A DNA stretch of 64,000 bases from Bacteroidia bacterium (GTDB taxonomy: Bacteria > Bacteroidota > Bacteroidia > NS11-12g > UBA955), in contig JAOASJ010000016.1 in the NCBI GenBank assembly GCA_030158725.1, positions 12,616 through 76,615 of the forward strand, written 5' to 3'. The translations under genes and the position numbers were made by a program. Below the pieces are notes generated by a model. That model did no database searches, was not told the DNA's origin, and saw only the letters and a list, made by a program, of their open reading frames with translations. Below, in pieces: positions 55,729-64,000 of this stretch; the first letter of the stretch is position 1, and every line of letters begins with the position of its first letter.

Positions 55729-56161
55729 TTTCAGCGCAAATATGGTCTAATAATTTGTAAACTTCATCAAAACCTTTAAGATCGCCAAAATATGGATCAG
55801 GTATCATTTGCCCCTGATAATTTATACTGAAGTTACTGATTAAATTAACTTTATCTTTTTTAGATGGACAAACAGCAACAACATCCTTGTAATTTTGCTC
55901 GTCCATTACCATTAGATAATCAAACTCATCAAAATCCTCAATTTTTAATTGTCTTGATCTATGCGTTAACTCTATTCCATAGTTATTTGCAGTTGAACGC
56001 ATTCTATGATCGGCAAGTTCGCCTTTATGATAGTTACTTGTTCCACAGGAGTCAACTATCCAATCGGAAGATGGGTAATTTTCATTTAAATGTTTAACAA
56101 GCAGACCTTCTGCCATTGGACTCCTGCAAATATTTCCAAGACAAATAACAAGAATTTTCAT
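55700..56161 (-). CDS. Low-molecular-weight protein-tyrosine phosphatase
   Basis: It has the active-site loop VICLGNICRSPMAEG (C-x5-R-S) and a C-terminal DPYF. Confidence 0.85.
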   Translation of the reverse strand: MKILVICLGNICRSPMAEGLLVKHLNENYPSSDWIVDSCGTSNYHKGELADHRMRSTANNYGIELTHRSRQLKIEDFDEFDYLMVMDEQNYKDVVAVCPSKKDKVNLISNFSINYQGQMIPDPYFGDLKGFDEVYKLLDHICAEIVQGFNLKY

Positions 56162-56171
56162 TTTTAATTCT

Positions 56172-56294
56172 TTACATGGTACCCATTTCGGTTTTTACCC
56201 CTTTTCTGCCATCGCATTTTCTATTTGAAGCACAAGCAGATAGGATGATTACACATGCAATAATGATGAGATAAATTGATTTTATTTTAAACAT
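56172..56294 (-). CDS. Small predicted lipoprotein (40 aa), not in the ORF track
   Basis: The minus strand reads MFKIKSIYLIIIACVIILSACASNRKCDGRKGVKTEMGTM, with the lipobox LSAC. It ends 10 nt upstream of the phosphatase start. Confidence 0.4.
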   Translation of the reverse strand: MFKIKSIYLIIIACVIILSACASNRKCDGRKGVKTEMGTM

Positions 56295-56386
56295 AGATAT
56301 AATTTATTGAACGTATTATTTAGACTTATATTGTTGCAAAATTAAGTACTAAAACAATGCCAATTAAATTTTTGATGAATTAACTT

Positions 56387-56394
56387 TAATTTTG
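56387..56394 (+). promoter_or_regulatory. Candidate -7 promoter element TAATTTTG
   Basis: The motif lies 11 nt before the TTG start at 56405. Confidence 0.3.
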
Positions 56395-56404
56395 TCAAAT
56401 AAGA

Positions 56405-58177
56405 TTGTCTAGTCAAATAAGAATATTGTTATTGGTTTTTGTCATCATGTGTGCTGTTGACATTAATTTAAATGCTCAAAATTTCAAATTACAATTGTCC
56501 AGTAATCCACTGAATTATAGAGTCGATCAAGATCAAGACAGTATTGCAACATTAAAGAATTTGAACAAAGTTCGGAATCATTACATATTAAATTCTTTTT
56601 TAGAATTTAATATAGATAGTGTCATTTGGACAAATAATGTAGCTAATGCCTTTTTACACTTAGGTCCCCAATACAAAATTGTAAAAATTAAGATTGAGAT
56701 AGATAGTTTAGAATCTAATTTTCAAAATATTAATTCAAAATATTTAATGAATAATTTTGATTCTATTAAATTGGCAATAATCTCTAATGAAATTCTTTTA
56801 GGCTTTGAAAACATTGGGTATCCATTTAGTCAAGTAAATGCAAATTATAGGATTGTAGAAAATGGTGTAGAAGCAAATTTATTTATTGAAAAAGGCCCTT
56901 ATTTTGTTTTTGATACCCTGCACAATGATGGGGAGTTTGTTGTAAAGAAAAGATTTATAGAAGCCTATACTGGTATAAGATCCGGGGATCCTTATAATGA
57001 AGCACTATTTCGTAAAGCACATGATAAGTTACAACAATTGCCTTTTTTGTATTCTGAGCGCATACCACAGTTAATTTTCATGAAAAATGGGAAAGCTAAG
57101 CCATATTATTACATAAGGAAGAAGAAGTCAGATCAATTAAATGGAATTATTGGATTGGCACCAAATACAGCTTCTCAAAGTATTCCGGGGACTAAAAATT
57201 TGGTCTTTACCGGAGAGTTTGCATTGAGGTTGAATAATTTATTTAAAACAGCTAAAGTTCTTAGTATTCAATGGAAAAGTTTTAAAGCAAGGTCTCAAGA
57301 ACTCAAAACTTATTTTAGTTTTCCTTATGTTTTTTATAAGCCTATTGGAATAGATTTAAGTTTAGATTTATTAAAATATGACACACTATACACTGTTTTG
57401 CAAAGACAAATAGGCTTTCAATATTATACATCTGGAATCAATGGCATTAAAGCCTTTTACAAAATTAGCACAACCAATTTAAACACAGTTGACACCAATC
57501 AAATTAGAGCGACTAAACAATTTCCAAATTCTAATTCTATTCAATTAAGGCAATACGGTATAATGACCAACTTTGTTAATTTGGATTATAAATTTAATCC
57601 CAGAAAGGGCTATTTATTTGAGTCAAGCCTTTCAGTTGGAATCAAGCAAATATTAAAAGACAATACTATTTCTGAAGTTAGATTCGGGCCTAATCAATAC
57701 AATTTATATGACTCGAGTATACTTAGAACAAATCAATATCAATATCAATTAAAATTGGATTATTTTATTCCCATTAAAGAAAGAAGCACGCTGAAGTTTG
57801 GATTAAACATTAATCAAATTATTGCTCCACAGATATATTTTAATGAACTTCAACGTGAAGGTGGAATTAATTCTTTAAAAGGATTCAATGAACAAAGTAT
57901 ATTTGCAAGCAATTTTAATATGCTGGACATAGAGTATAGATATCTTTTGGGTTTAAATTCTCATTTTAAGCTTTTTTGGAATGGTGCATATTATGAAAAT
58001 AAAAGTGTAGGTATTCAGAATCAAGTTTTTGATTTGCCCTGGGGCTTTGGCATTGGTGGGAATATTGAGACTGGGGCTGGAATTTTATCAATTGCCTATG
58101 GTCTTGGTAAACAAAAGGGAAATAATTTTGATTTAAGAGCAGGTAAGTTTCATTTTGGTATAAGCAGCTATTTTTAG
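56405..58177 (+). CDS. Outer-membrane beta-barrel protein (Omp85/surface-antigen-like), tentative
   Basis: It has a signal peptide and alternating beta-strand patterning. The C-terminus is GKFHFGISSYF, with a terminal aromatic residue. Confidence 0.5.
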   Translation: MSSQIRILLLVFVIMCAVDINLNAQNFKLQLSSNPLNYRVDQDQDSIATLKNLNKVRNHYILNSFLEFNIDSVIWTNNVANAFLHLGPQYKIVKIKIEIDSLESNFQNINSKYLMNNFDSIKLAIISNEILLGFENIGYPFSQVNANYRIVENGVEANLFIEKGPYFVFDTLHNDGEFVVKKRFIEAYTGIRSGDPYNEALFRKAHDKLQQLPFLYSERIPQLIFMKNGKAKPYYYIRKKKSDQLNGIIGLAPNTASQSIPGTKNLVFTGEFALRLNNLFKTAKVLSIQWKSFKARSQELKTYFSFPYVFYKPIGIDLSLDLLKYDTLYTVLQRQIGFQYYTSGINGIKAFYKISTTNLNTVDTNQIRATKQFPNSNSIQLRQYGIMTNFVNLDYKFNPRKGYLFESSLSVGIKQILKDNTISEVRFGPNQYNLYDSSILRTNQYQYQLKLDYFIPIKERSTLKFGLNINQIIAPQIYFNELQREGGINSLKGFNEQSIFASNFNMLDIEYRYLLGLNSHFKLFWNGAYYENKSVGIQNQVFDLPWGFGIGGNIETGAGILSIAYGLGKQKGNNFDLRAGKFHFGISSYF

Positions 58178-58208
58178 ACTAATTCTGATATCGATCTTCT
58201 TTTTTTCC

Positions 58209-59090
58209 ATGATCAAAATAAATGCTCAAGGAAATGACACTTTGCTACAACTTAGTTCAAGTGACTCTATGGAATTGATGGCCATTGATAGCTTATATGG
58301 CTCAGATACTTTAGTAATAGATACATTGTTTTATGCTAAGTTTGTTCCATACGACAAACAGATTTATAGAAATTCTAAGATTAATTTAAGAAAGACATTA
58401 ACTGCATCAAAGAATCCACCAATTCGTAGAAATCTAAATAATTATTATGTGTTTATTTGGAGTGTATTTATTGCTTTGTTAATTATCTTCTTTAAAAGCA
58501 ATTATTCATTGCAGTACAGACTTCTGAATAAATCTTGGTATAGTAGAATAAGTCTGAATGAATTCTTTGCTACCCAAACAAGTGTTTTTAAAAACAGTAA
58601 GCTATTGACTTGGTTCATTATTAGTCAAAGTTTATCACTTGGTATTTATATAGTAATTAAATCAAGTGAACTAAAGATAGAGCTGTCAGATTTACTCTTA
58701 ATCTTGCTTATTTCTGCTTCTGTAATTATTTTACTAATAGCAAATCAATGGTTAAAAAATTTATTTGCATATTCTTTTTCACAGCCATCCTTAAGTAAAG
58801 ACTATGCGGTGATTTATAGAATTAATTCATACATAACATCTTTAATACTAATACCATTTTTAATCATTACCTACTATAATACAGATTGGAACATTCGAAC
58901 AATAGTCATAGTTTCTTTGGTTATGTATGTACTGATTGTATATTCAATAAGTTTAGTGAAATTTATATTTTCTGGTCGGTTTTTACAAAACCAATCTAAT
59001 TTCATTTTAATTTTGTATCTTTGCGCCTTCGAAATTTTGCCTTTACTGGCATTGATAAAGTCGATTAATAACTTGCTTGAATATGACTAA
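58209..59090 (+). CDS. DUF4271-like multi-pass membrane protein
   Basis: It has six or so hydrophobic spans in the C-terminal two thirds. Its position immediately upstream of hemD is the arrangement I recall for DUF4271 in Bacteroidota. Confidence 0.55.
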   Translation: MIKINAQGNDTLLQLSSSDSMELMAIDSLYGSDTLVIDTLFYAKFVPYDKQIYRNSKINLRKTLTASKNPPIRRNLNNYYVFIWSVFIALLIIFFKSNYSLQYRLLNKSWYSRISLNEFFATQTSVFKNSKLLTWFIISQSLSLGIYIVIKSSELKIELSDLLLILLISASVIILLIANQWLKNLFAYSFSQPSLSKDYAVIYRINSYITSLILIPFLIITYYNTDWNIRTIVIVSLVMYVLIVYSISLVKFIFSGRFLQNQSNFILILYLCAFEILPLLALIKSINNLLEYD

Positions 59091-59844
59091 AGAGGCTAAA
59101 GTAAAAACTATACTCATCTCTCAAAATAAGCCTGAACCAGGTAAGAAGTCAATTTTTGACGACATAGCTGCTAAATATAAATTAAAACTTGATTTTCGCT
59201 CATTTATTCAAGTTGATGCTGTACCTGGTAGAGATATTAGACGCAACAAGATTAATATTCTTAATCACACTGCTATTATATTTAACTCCAAAAATGCAGT
59301 AGATCATTTTTTTAGGGTTGTTGAGGAATTAAGAGTTGAATTGCCTCAAGACATGAAATACTTTTGTCTTACTGAAGGTATAGGCATGTACATTCAAAAA
59401 TATATTTTCCTTAGAAAGAGAAAGGTATTTTATCCAAAAACCAATTTAGAAAGCGATTTCTTGACTTTAATTTTAAGTCATAAAACTGAAAAGTACCTTT
59501 TCCCTTGCTCAGATATTAGAAAACCGACTATACCTGATTTTTTCAAAAAACATAAACTAAACTTTGCTGAAGCAACATTTTATAAGACTGTTTCTGCAGA
59601 TTTAAGTGATTTGGAAGAAGTGTTTTATGATGTAATCGTGTTCTTTAGCCCTGCAGATATTAAGTCTTTGTTTGATAATTTTCCAAATTTCAAGCAAAAT
59701 GCAACACGATTGGCTGCATTTGGAGAGAGCACCCAAAGAGCAATTATAGAAAACAATTTAATTTGTAATATTCCAGCTCCAACAAAAGACAATCCTTCAA
59801 TTGTTAAAGCACTGGAAATGTATATTAAGAATGTAAATTCTTAG
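59077..59844 (+). CDS. hemD: Uroporphyrinogen-III synthase
   Basis: 255 aa. The call rests on ILISQNKP, AIIFNSKNAVDHFF, VFFSPADIKSLF and AAFGESTQRAI, consistent with a two-lobed HemD layout. Confidence 0.65.
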   Translation: MNMTKEAKVKTILISQNKPEPGKKSIFDDIAAKYKLKLDFRSFIQVDAVPGRDIRRNKINILNHTAIIFNSKNAVDHFFRVVEELRVELPQDMKYFCLTEGIGMYIQKYIFLRKRKVFYPKTNLESDFLTLILSHKTEKYLFPCSDIRKPTIPDFFKKHKLNFAEATFYKTVSADLSDLEEVFYDVIVFFSPADIKSLFDNFPNFKQNATRLAAFGESTQRAIIENNLICNIPAPTKDNPSIVKALEMYIKNVNS

Positions 59845-60899
59845 TAGGTGCAATGAACCAATATGGTTTGATTCTTATAAGGGATTACAAAAATGTAATC
59901 TTTTCCACCATCTTTCAAACCCAATTTTCTTTTTAATTCTTCTGTATTAAATTTTAAACCTCTAGCTTTAATATTAGCTTTTGAAATGTTATTGACTTTA
60001 AGATATTCAATACATTCCTTAACATTATAAGTCATTGATTTAATGATTTTAAAGCATCTTCCAATAAATTGATTGTTTATGTTATTACTTGTATAAAAGG
60101 CAACAGATTTATCTAAGGCCAATAAATCTAGTTCCATAGCATATTCATGGTTTTTTCTCAACTTTACAAGACAAGATCCTGTTTCGTAAAGATAAGTTCC
60201 TAAATCCTCTGCAATTTTTAATTTATGTTCCTTTTTATTATTAGTTTCGAAAGTATTGGTCTTATTGTCTTTTTGTATATCACTGCAATATATCGCAATG
60301 CAATCAATAGATGGTTTATCCTCTGCTAAAATAAGCAGCTCTTTCATCTCACCGTATTTAGACACACTATATACTTCACTAATACTTGGAATTTCGGAAA
60401 TAGCCATATCAATATCATATAAGGGAGAGCATTTTATTAATACTTTAGAACTAATATCAAATAATTTTGGCAGCAATTCCACTACATTGGGCTGATGTTC
60501 ACTTAAGAGAATTTGGCGACCCTTATCATTTCTTCTGTCTGGATCAATGTAAATTAAATCAAATTTACTTTTATTTTTCAGTAAAAATTCTTCTGCATTA
60601 ATATCAATTCTTTCAATATTCTTTCTGTTTAAAACATCAAAATTATAACGACTTATGTTATTTAGCTCTTTATCAGAATCTATAGATATTACTTGCTTAA
60701 ATGAAAATGAGAAAGCCCAATCATCTATTCCTAATCCAGCAGCTAATATTAAAATGTTGTTTCCTCTAAAGTTATCAGATTTATAGGTTGCAAGAAGTTC
60801 TGAACTGCATTGTTCAAGGCTTCGCCTTGTAACAAATCCTCCACTTTTTATCAAACATGGCACCTTTTCATTGGCCTGACTTCTTAAAGTGGCTTGCAT
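59841..60899 (-). CDS. Class I SAM-dependent methyltransferase (THUMP-like C-terminal region)
   Basis: It has motif I ILAAGLGIDD and the acidic IYIDPDRR. The frame stays open upstream to 61028 and reads like the family N-terminus, but it contains no ATG/GTG/TTG there. Confidence 0.65.
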   Translation of the reverse strand: MQATLRSQANEKVPCLIKSGGFVTRRSLEQCSSELLATYKSDNFRGNNILILAAGLGIDDWAFSFSFKQVISIDSDKELNNISRYNFDVLNRKNIERIDINAEEFLLKNKSKFDLIYIDPDRRNDKGRQILLSEHQPNVVELLPKLFDISSKVLIKCSPLYDIDMAISEIPSISEVYSVSKYGEMKELLILAEDKPSIDCIAIYCSDIQKDNKTNTFETNNKKEHKLKIAEDLGTYLYETGSCLVKLRKNHEYAMELDLLALDKSVAFYTSNNINNQFIGRCFKIIKSMTYNVKECIEYLKVNNISKANIKARGLKFNTEELKRKLGLKDGGKDYIFVIPYKNQTILVHCTY

Positions 60900-61043
60900 A
60901 GCGGCAAAGCTTGCTTTTTCTTTATTAATTTTAGAATATTTGTATAAGAATGTATCTATTCCTATACTTAGAGCTTCTTCGGTTAAAAAATTAATTTCAG
61001 TATTTAAGATATTTGAATTAATATTGTGTTATTATAAATTGTA

Positions 61044-61172
61044 ATGAAAATAGTTAAAATCTTATTAGTAGCATTTATTTTTACTGCTCTAGTTGTTGCA
61101 TGTGGTGGTCGCAGAGATAGATGCCCATCGGTTTACAAAAATAACCAAGACCAGTCAATTTTCACAGCATAA
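61044..61172 (+). CDS. Small predicted lipoprotein (42 aa), not in the ORF track
   Basis: It reads MKIVKILLVAFIFTALVVACGGRRDRCPSVYKNNQDQSIFTA, with the lipobox VVAC. It ends 5 nt before the ytxJ-like start. Confidence 0.4.
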   Translation: MKIVKILLVAFIFTALVVACGGRRDRCPSVYKNNQDQSIFTA

Positions 61173-61177
61173 TTTTT

Positions 61178-61519
61178 ATGTTGAATTGGTTAAATTTAAC
61201 CGACATAAATCAGTTAGATGATTTAATTGAAAGTTCTGTAAATCAAAAAGTAATAATTTTCAAGCATAGTACCCGTTGCAGTATAAGCAACATGGTTAAA
61301 GACCGTTTTGAGCGCAATTGGCCAAAGGACTTACTAGAGCAAGATGTCTATTATTTGGACCTATTAAGCTTTAGAGACGTATCTAATGCTATTGCAGAAA
61401 AACTTGATGTTGAACATCAATCTCCTCAAGTATTAATAATTGAAAATAAGGCTTGTATTTATTCTGCAAACCACAATTTTATTAGCGCAGAAGCAATAAA
61501 AAACGAACTTATTGCTTAA
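61178..61519 (+). CDS. ytxJ: YtxJ-family thioredoxin-like protein (bacillithiol-system monothiol type)
   Basis: 113 aa. It has VIIFKHSTRCSIS with the single-Cys T-x-C-x-x-S motif, and ESPQVL-like HQSPQVLII. Confidence 0.7.
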   Translation: MLNWLNLTDINQLDDLIESSVNQKVIIFKHSTRCSISNMVKDRFERNWPKDLLEQDVYYLDLLSFRDVSNAIAEKLDVEHQSPQVLIIENKACIYSANHNFISAEAIKNELIA

Positions 61520-61936
61520 TTAGTTCAAAAAACTAATTTGAATATTCTGTCTTAAATCTGGATGTAAGCTTAGAGAAACAGGACAAGTTCTTGCAACTCT
61601 TTCAAGTATTATCCTTTGTTTTTCGTCTAAAACTTCTTTAGTTTTTATTTCTAACAACACATCGATTCCAATAATTCTTCTTGGACCTTCTGTGCTCATT
61701 ATTTTTGTTACTTCGGCATTTGATCCAACTATATCTATGTCATTATTTTGGGCATAGATTCCTAGTACCGTTAGCATGCATGAAGCTAGTGAAGTAGCTG
61801 CTAAATCTGTTGGTGAAAATGCTTCACCTTTACCAAAATTATCAACCGGTGCATCTGTTACAATTGCATTTGATGATGATAAATGAACTGCATTTGTTCT
61901 TAATTCCCCTGAATATATTATCTTTGAAGTGGCCAT
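61520..61936 (-). CDS. OsmC-family peroxiredoxin-like protein
   Basis: The start is at 61936 (MATSKIIYSG). It has the two conserved Cys contexts LASCMLTVLG and ARTCPVSLSL. Confidence 0.75.
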   Translation of the reverse strand: MATSKIIYSGELRTNAVHLSSSNAIVTDAPVDNFGKGEAFSPTDLAATSLASCMLTVLGIYAQNNDIDIVGSNAEVTKIMSTEGPRRIIGIDVLLEIKTKEVLDEKQRIILERVARTCPVSLSLHPDLRQNIQISFLN

Positions 61937-61961
61937 ATTAATTGAATTCTTCTGCAAATAT

Positions 61962-62705
61962 ATGCAACAAATAATCCGTGTTATAATTTTTATGCTTTTT
62001 CAAGGGTTTTCTTATGAACTCCTAGCTCAAGAAAATTATGATATAACATATGAAGATGCATCAATGAAATTTGGTGTTTTAGCAAGTCCTAATGGTATAG
62101 GTCTGTTCTACAGAAATTCAACTCCAATAAGAAATAAATACAGTTGGTGTCTCGACTTTTCATTTACTGGTGTTAAACAAATAAAGGAAAAACAAGTATT
62201 AAACCAAAGGATGGTAAATACAACACCTTATGTTTATGGAAAGGTTAATAGATTGTACGCTTTAAGACCAATGTTAGGTATAAGTAAAGAGCTTGCAGAA
62301 AAGCAAAACAAGAATAGTGTTGGAGTGAATGCATTTGCTTTTTTAGGTCCAACTTTCGGGTTTTTAAAGCCAAATTATGTAGATATTGAGTTCTTTGATC
62401 CTACCAATCCAAATGTTATAATTTCCAAATCAGTTAGGTATAATCCTGAACAATATAGATTTGATCAAATTACTGGATATTCTCCGTTTACACATGGCAT
62501 GAATGAGACCAAAATTGTTGGTGGCTTGTCGTTTAAATTAGGTACAGAGTTTAATTGGGGATATTACAGTTCAGATTTTAAATCGATAGAGGTTGGCCTT
62601 TTAATTGATTGGTTTCCTAGCCGTCCAGAGTTATTACATTATGTTCAAAACAAAATCGTATATTCTTCGTTTTATATTAGCTTTGCACTTGGAAAAAATT
62701 ATTAA
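61962..62705 (+). CDS. Hypothetical secreted protein, probable small outer-membrane beta-barrel
   Basis: ATG at 61962 gives the signal peptide [23 protein letters not shown]. The sequence is beta-rich and ends in FALGKNY. Confidence 0.45.
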   Translation: MQQIIRVIIFMLFQGFSYELLAQENYDITYEDASMKFGVLASPNGIGLFYRNSTPIRNKYSWCLDFSFTGVKQIKEKQVLNQRMVNTTPYVYGKVNRLYALRPMLGISKELAEKQNKNSVGVNAFAFLGPTFGFLKPNYVDIEFFDPTNPNVIISKSVRYNPEQYRFDQITGYSPFTHGMNETKIVGGLSFKLGTEFNWGYYSSDFKSIEVGLLIDWFPSRPELLHYVQNKIVYSSFYISFALGKNY

Positions 62706-62710
62706 TAATA

Positions 62711-63577
62711 ATGTCTGAAATTGTTATCCCGGAACCTAGAAAACGTATAAAACCTGATTGGTTAAAAATTAAAATTCCTTCAGGCGAAACTTATGCCGAG
62801 GTTAAGAAAATTGTTAAAACCCATCAGCTAAATACAATATGTGAAGATGGTAAATGTCCTAATATGGCTGAATGTTGGGGTGCTGGAACAGCAACATTTA
62901 TGATTTTAGGTAATATTTGTACAAGAAGTTGTTCTTTTTGTGCGGTTGCAACTGGAAGACCCAATGAATATGATATTGATGAACCTAAAAGAGTTGCAGA
63001 GGCGATAAAATTGATGAAGGTTAAGCATGCGGTTATAACCTCTGTAAATAGAGACGAGCTTAAAGATAAGGGTGCAGGAGTTTGGGCAGCAACTATCAGA
63101 GAAATTAAACTTCAAAATCCAGGTGTTACCATGGAAACATTAATACCTGACTTTAAAGCTAACTGGGACCTATTAGAAATGGTAGTTAACGAGAAACCAG
63201 AAGTTGTAAGCCACAACATGGAGACAGTTGAAAGACTTTATCGTATTGTTAGACCTCAAGCTAAATATGAAAGAAGCCTTGAACAAATTCGACGCACAAA
63301 AGATTTAGGTTTAAGGACAAAAAGTGGAATAATGTTAGGACTAGGTGAGACTGAATCTGAAGTTGAAAAAGCAATGGATGATTTATTGAATCATGGTTGT
63401 GATGTGTTAACTTTAGGTCAGTACCTGCAACCAACTAAGATGCACTTAGAAGTTGCCGAATATGTAACACCAGAACAGTTTCTAAAATACAAGACTATTG
63501 GCGAATCTAAAGGCTTTTCAATCGTAGAAAGCGGACCAATGGTTAGGTCTTCTTACCATGCTGAAAAGCATATCTAA
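62711..63577 (+). CDS. lipA: Lipoyl synthase
   Basis: It has the radical-SAM cluster [10 protein letters not shown], the auxiliary cluster [12 protein letters not shown] and a C-terminal RSSYHA. Confidence 0.95.
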   Translation: MSEIVIPEPRKRIKPDWLKIKIPSGETYAEVKKIVKTHQLNTICEDGKCPNMAECWGAGTATFMILGNICTRSCSFCAVATGRPNEYDIDEPKRVAEAIKLMKVKHAVITSVNRDELKDKGAGVWAATIREIKLQNPGVTMETLIPDFKANWDLLEMVVNEKPEVVSHNMETVERLYRIVRPQAKYERSLEQIRRTKDLGLRTKSGIMLGLGETESEVEKAMDDLLNHGCDVLTLGQYLQPTKMHLEVAEYVTPEQFLKYKTIGESKGFSIVESGPMVRSSYHAEKHI

Positions 63578-63606
63578 AAAAAATTTTTTCTCAAGAAAAT
63601 TATTCT

Positions 63607-63614
63607 TACATTTG
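63607..63614 (+). promoter_or_regulatory. Candidate -7 promoter element TACATTTG
   Basis: The motif lies 24 nt before the ATG at 63638. Confidence 0.35.
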
Positions 63615-63637
63615 AAAATTGTTTATACCACTGTTAT

Positions 63638-64000
63638 ATGAAAATTAAATTTTTATTTGTTATTGCAGTACTTACAGCATTTTTAGCAGTAAGTACATTG
63701 TCATTCAAGGCTAGTGAATACAAGCCTAGAACTGCCTCTAAAATTGAGGATGTACTATCTTATCAAGTACCTGGTGGAAAAATTGCCGCAGGTATGTCAG
63801 AGTATTTTGATGCATTAAGATCTAACCCTCTTACAGGCACTGTAAGTGAGGCTGAGTATATGACTGCAATTAATGCGTCTTTAAAAATCCAATCTAAAAG
63901 AGCTGTAAACTCAGTTTGGAATGAATTAGGACCTGATAATGTTGGAGGAAGAACTAGAGCTTTCTTGCAAGATAAAGATACCCCTAATATCATGTTTGTT
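63638..64000 (+). CDS. Secreted protein, N-terminal fragment (continues beyond the window)
   Basis: The ATG at 63638 gives MKIKFLFVIAVLTAFLAVS (signal peptide), and the frame is open to the end of the window. It contains WNELGPDNVGGRTRAF, a string I associate with BNR/sortilin-type beta-propeller proteins of Bacteroidota. Confidence 0.45.
   Translation, partial: MKIKFLFVIAVLTAFLAVSTLSFKASEYKPRTASKIEDVLSYQVPGGKIAAGMSEYFDALRSNPLTGTVSEAEYMTAINASLKIQSKRAVNSVWNELGPDNVGGRTRAFLQDKDTPNIMFV

Noticed and set aside
56162-56404. The 243-nt intergenic region as a possible small RNA or tRNA locus
   Set aside because: I found no cloverleaf or conserved structured-RNA strings. The region is largely explained by the 40-codon lipoprotein ORF and a TAnnTTTG promoter element for the downstream gene.
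63578-63600. The A8T6 palindrome after lipA as an intrinsic terminator
   Set aside because: The stem would be pure A-T with no GC clamp and no separate U-tract. It cannot be distinguished from background in this AT-rich sequence.

Overview
This is an AT-rich window (about 30 percent GC by eye, not computed). I infer it comes from a member of Bacteroidota. The grounds are a T9SS type-B C-terminal sorting domain protein, DUF4271-hemD synteny, a divergent amidase/LptD-like pair, TAnnTTTG -7 promoter elements, and a MetH that lacks the homocysteine domain. Bases 1-34339 hold one tightly packed glycan (O-antigen/capsule-type) biosynthesis locus of about 33 genes. All but one gene lie on the + strand, and many have overlapping stop/start codons and TTG/GTG starts. 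Reading from the 5' end, the locus contains: (1) an unusual sugar-activation module (HAD tail, GT-C membrane domain fused to a PRK/uridine-kinase domain, class II aldolase-like protein, two paralogous nucleotidyltransferases); (2) a four-helix-bundle (23S rRNA IVS/Avd-like) gene flanked by inverted 8-nt repeat arrays; (3) a GT2 plus GT-C pair; (4) a NeuB-NeuC-amidotransferase-HisF-HisH-NeuA nonulosonic acid block; (5) a 2-hydroxyacid dehydrogenase; (6) two tandem 520-aa paralogs of unknown family; (7) a methyltransferase, a deacetylase-like protein and a frameshifted glycosyltransferase; (8) a carbamoyltransferase-SGNH-SxtK-like-SxtJ-like module; (9) an orphan protein, several GT4/GT2 enzymes, a Wzy/O-antigen-ligase-like protein and an acetyltransferase. 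No flippase, initiating transferase, exporter, integrase or transposase is visible. Bases 34351-64000 are housekeeping genes: uvrA, a SAM-I riboswitch plus metH, amidase, LptD-like protein, a T9SS adhesin-like protein, lysS, prmA, kynU, an LMW phosphatase, hemD, lipA and others. The candidates I rank highest for novelty are the GT-C/PRK fusion module (1-4806) and the tandem 520-aa HP-motif paralogs (15297-18435). All functional calls come from reading motifs in the translated ORFs. No database search was run.
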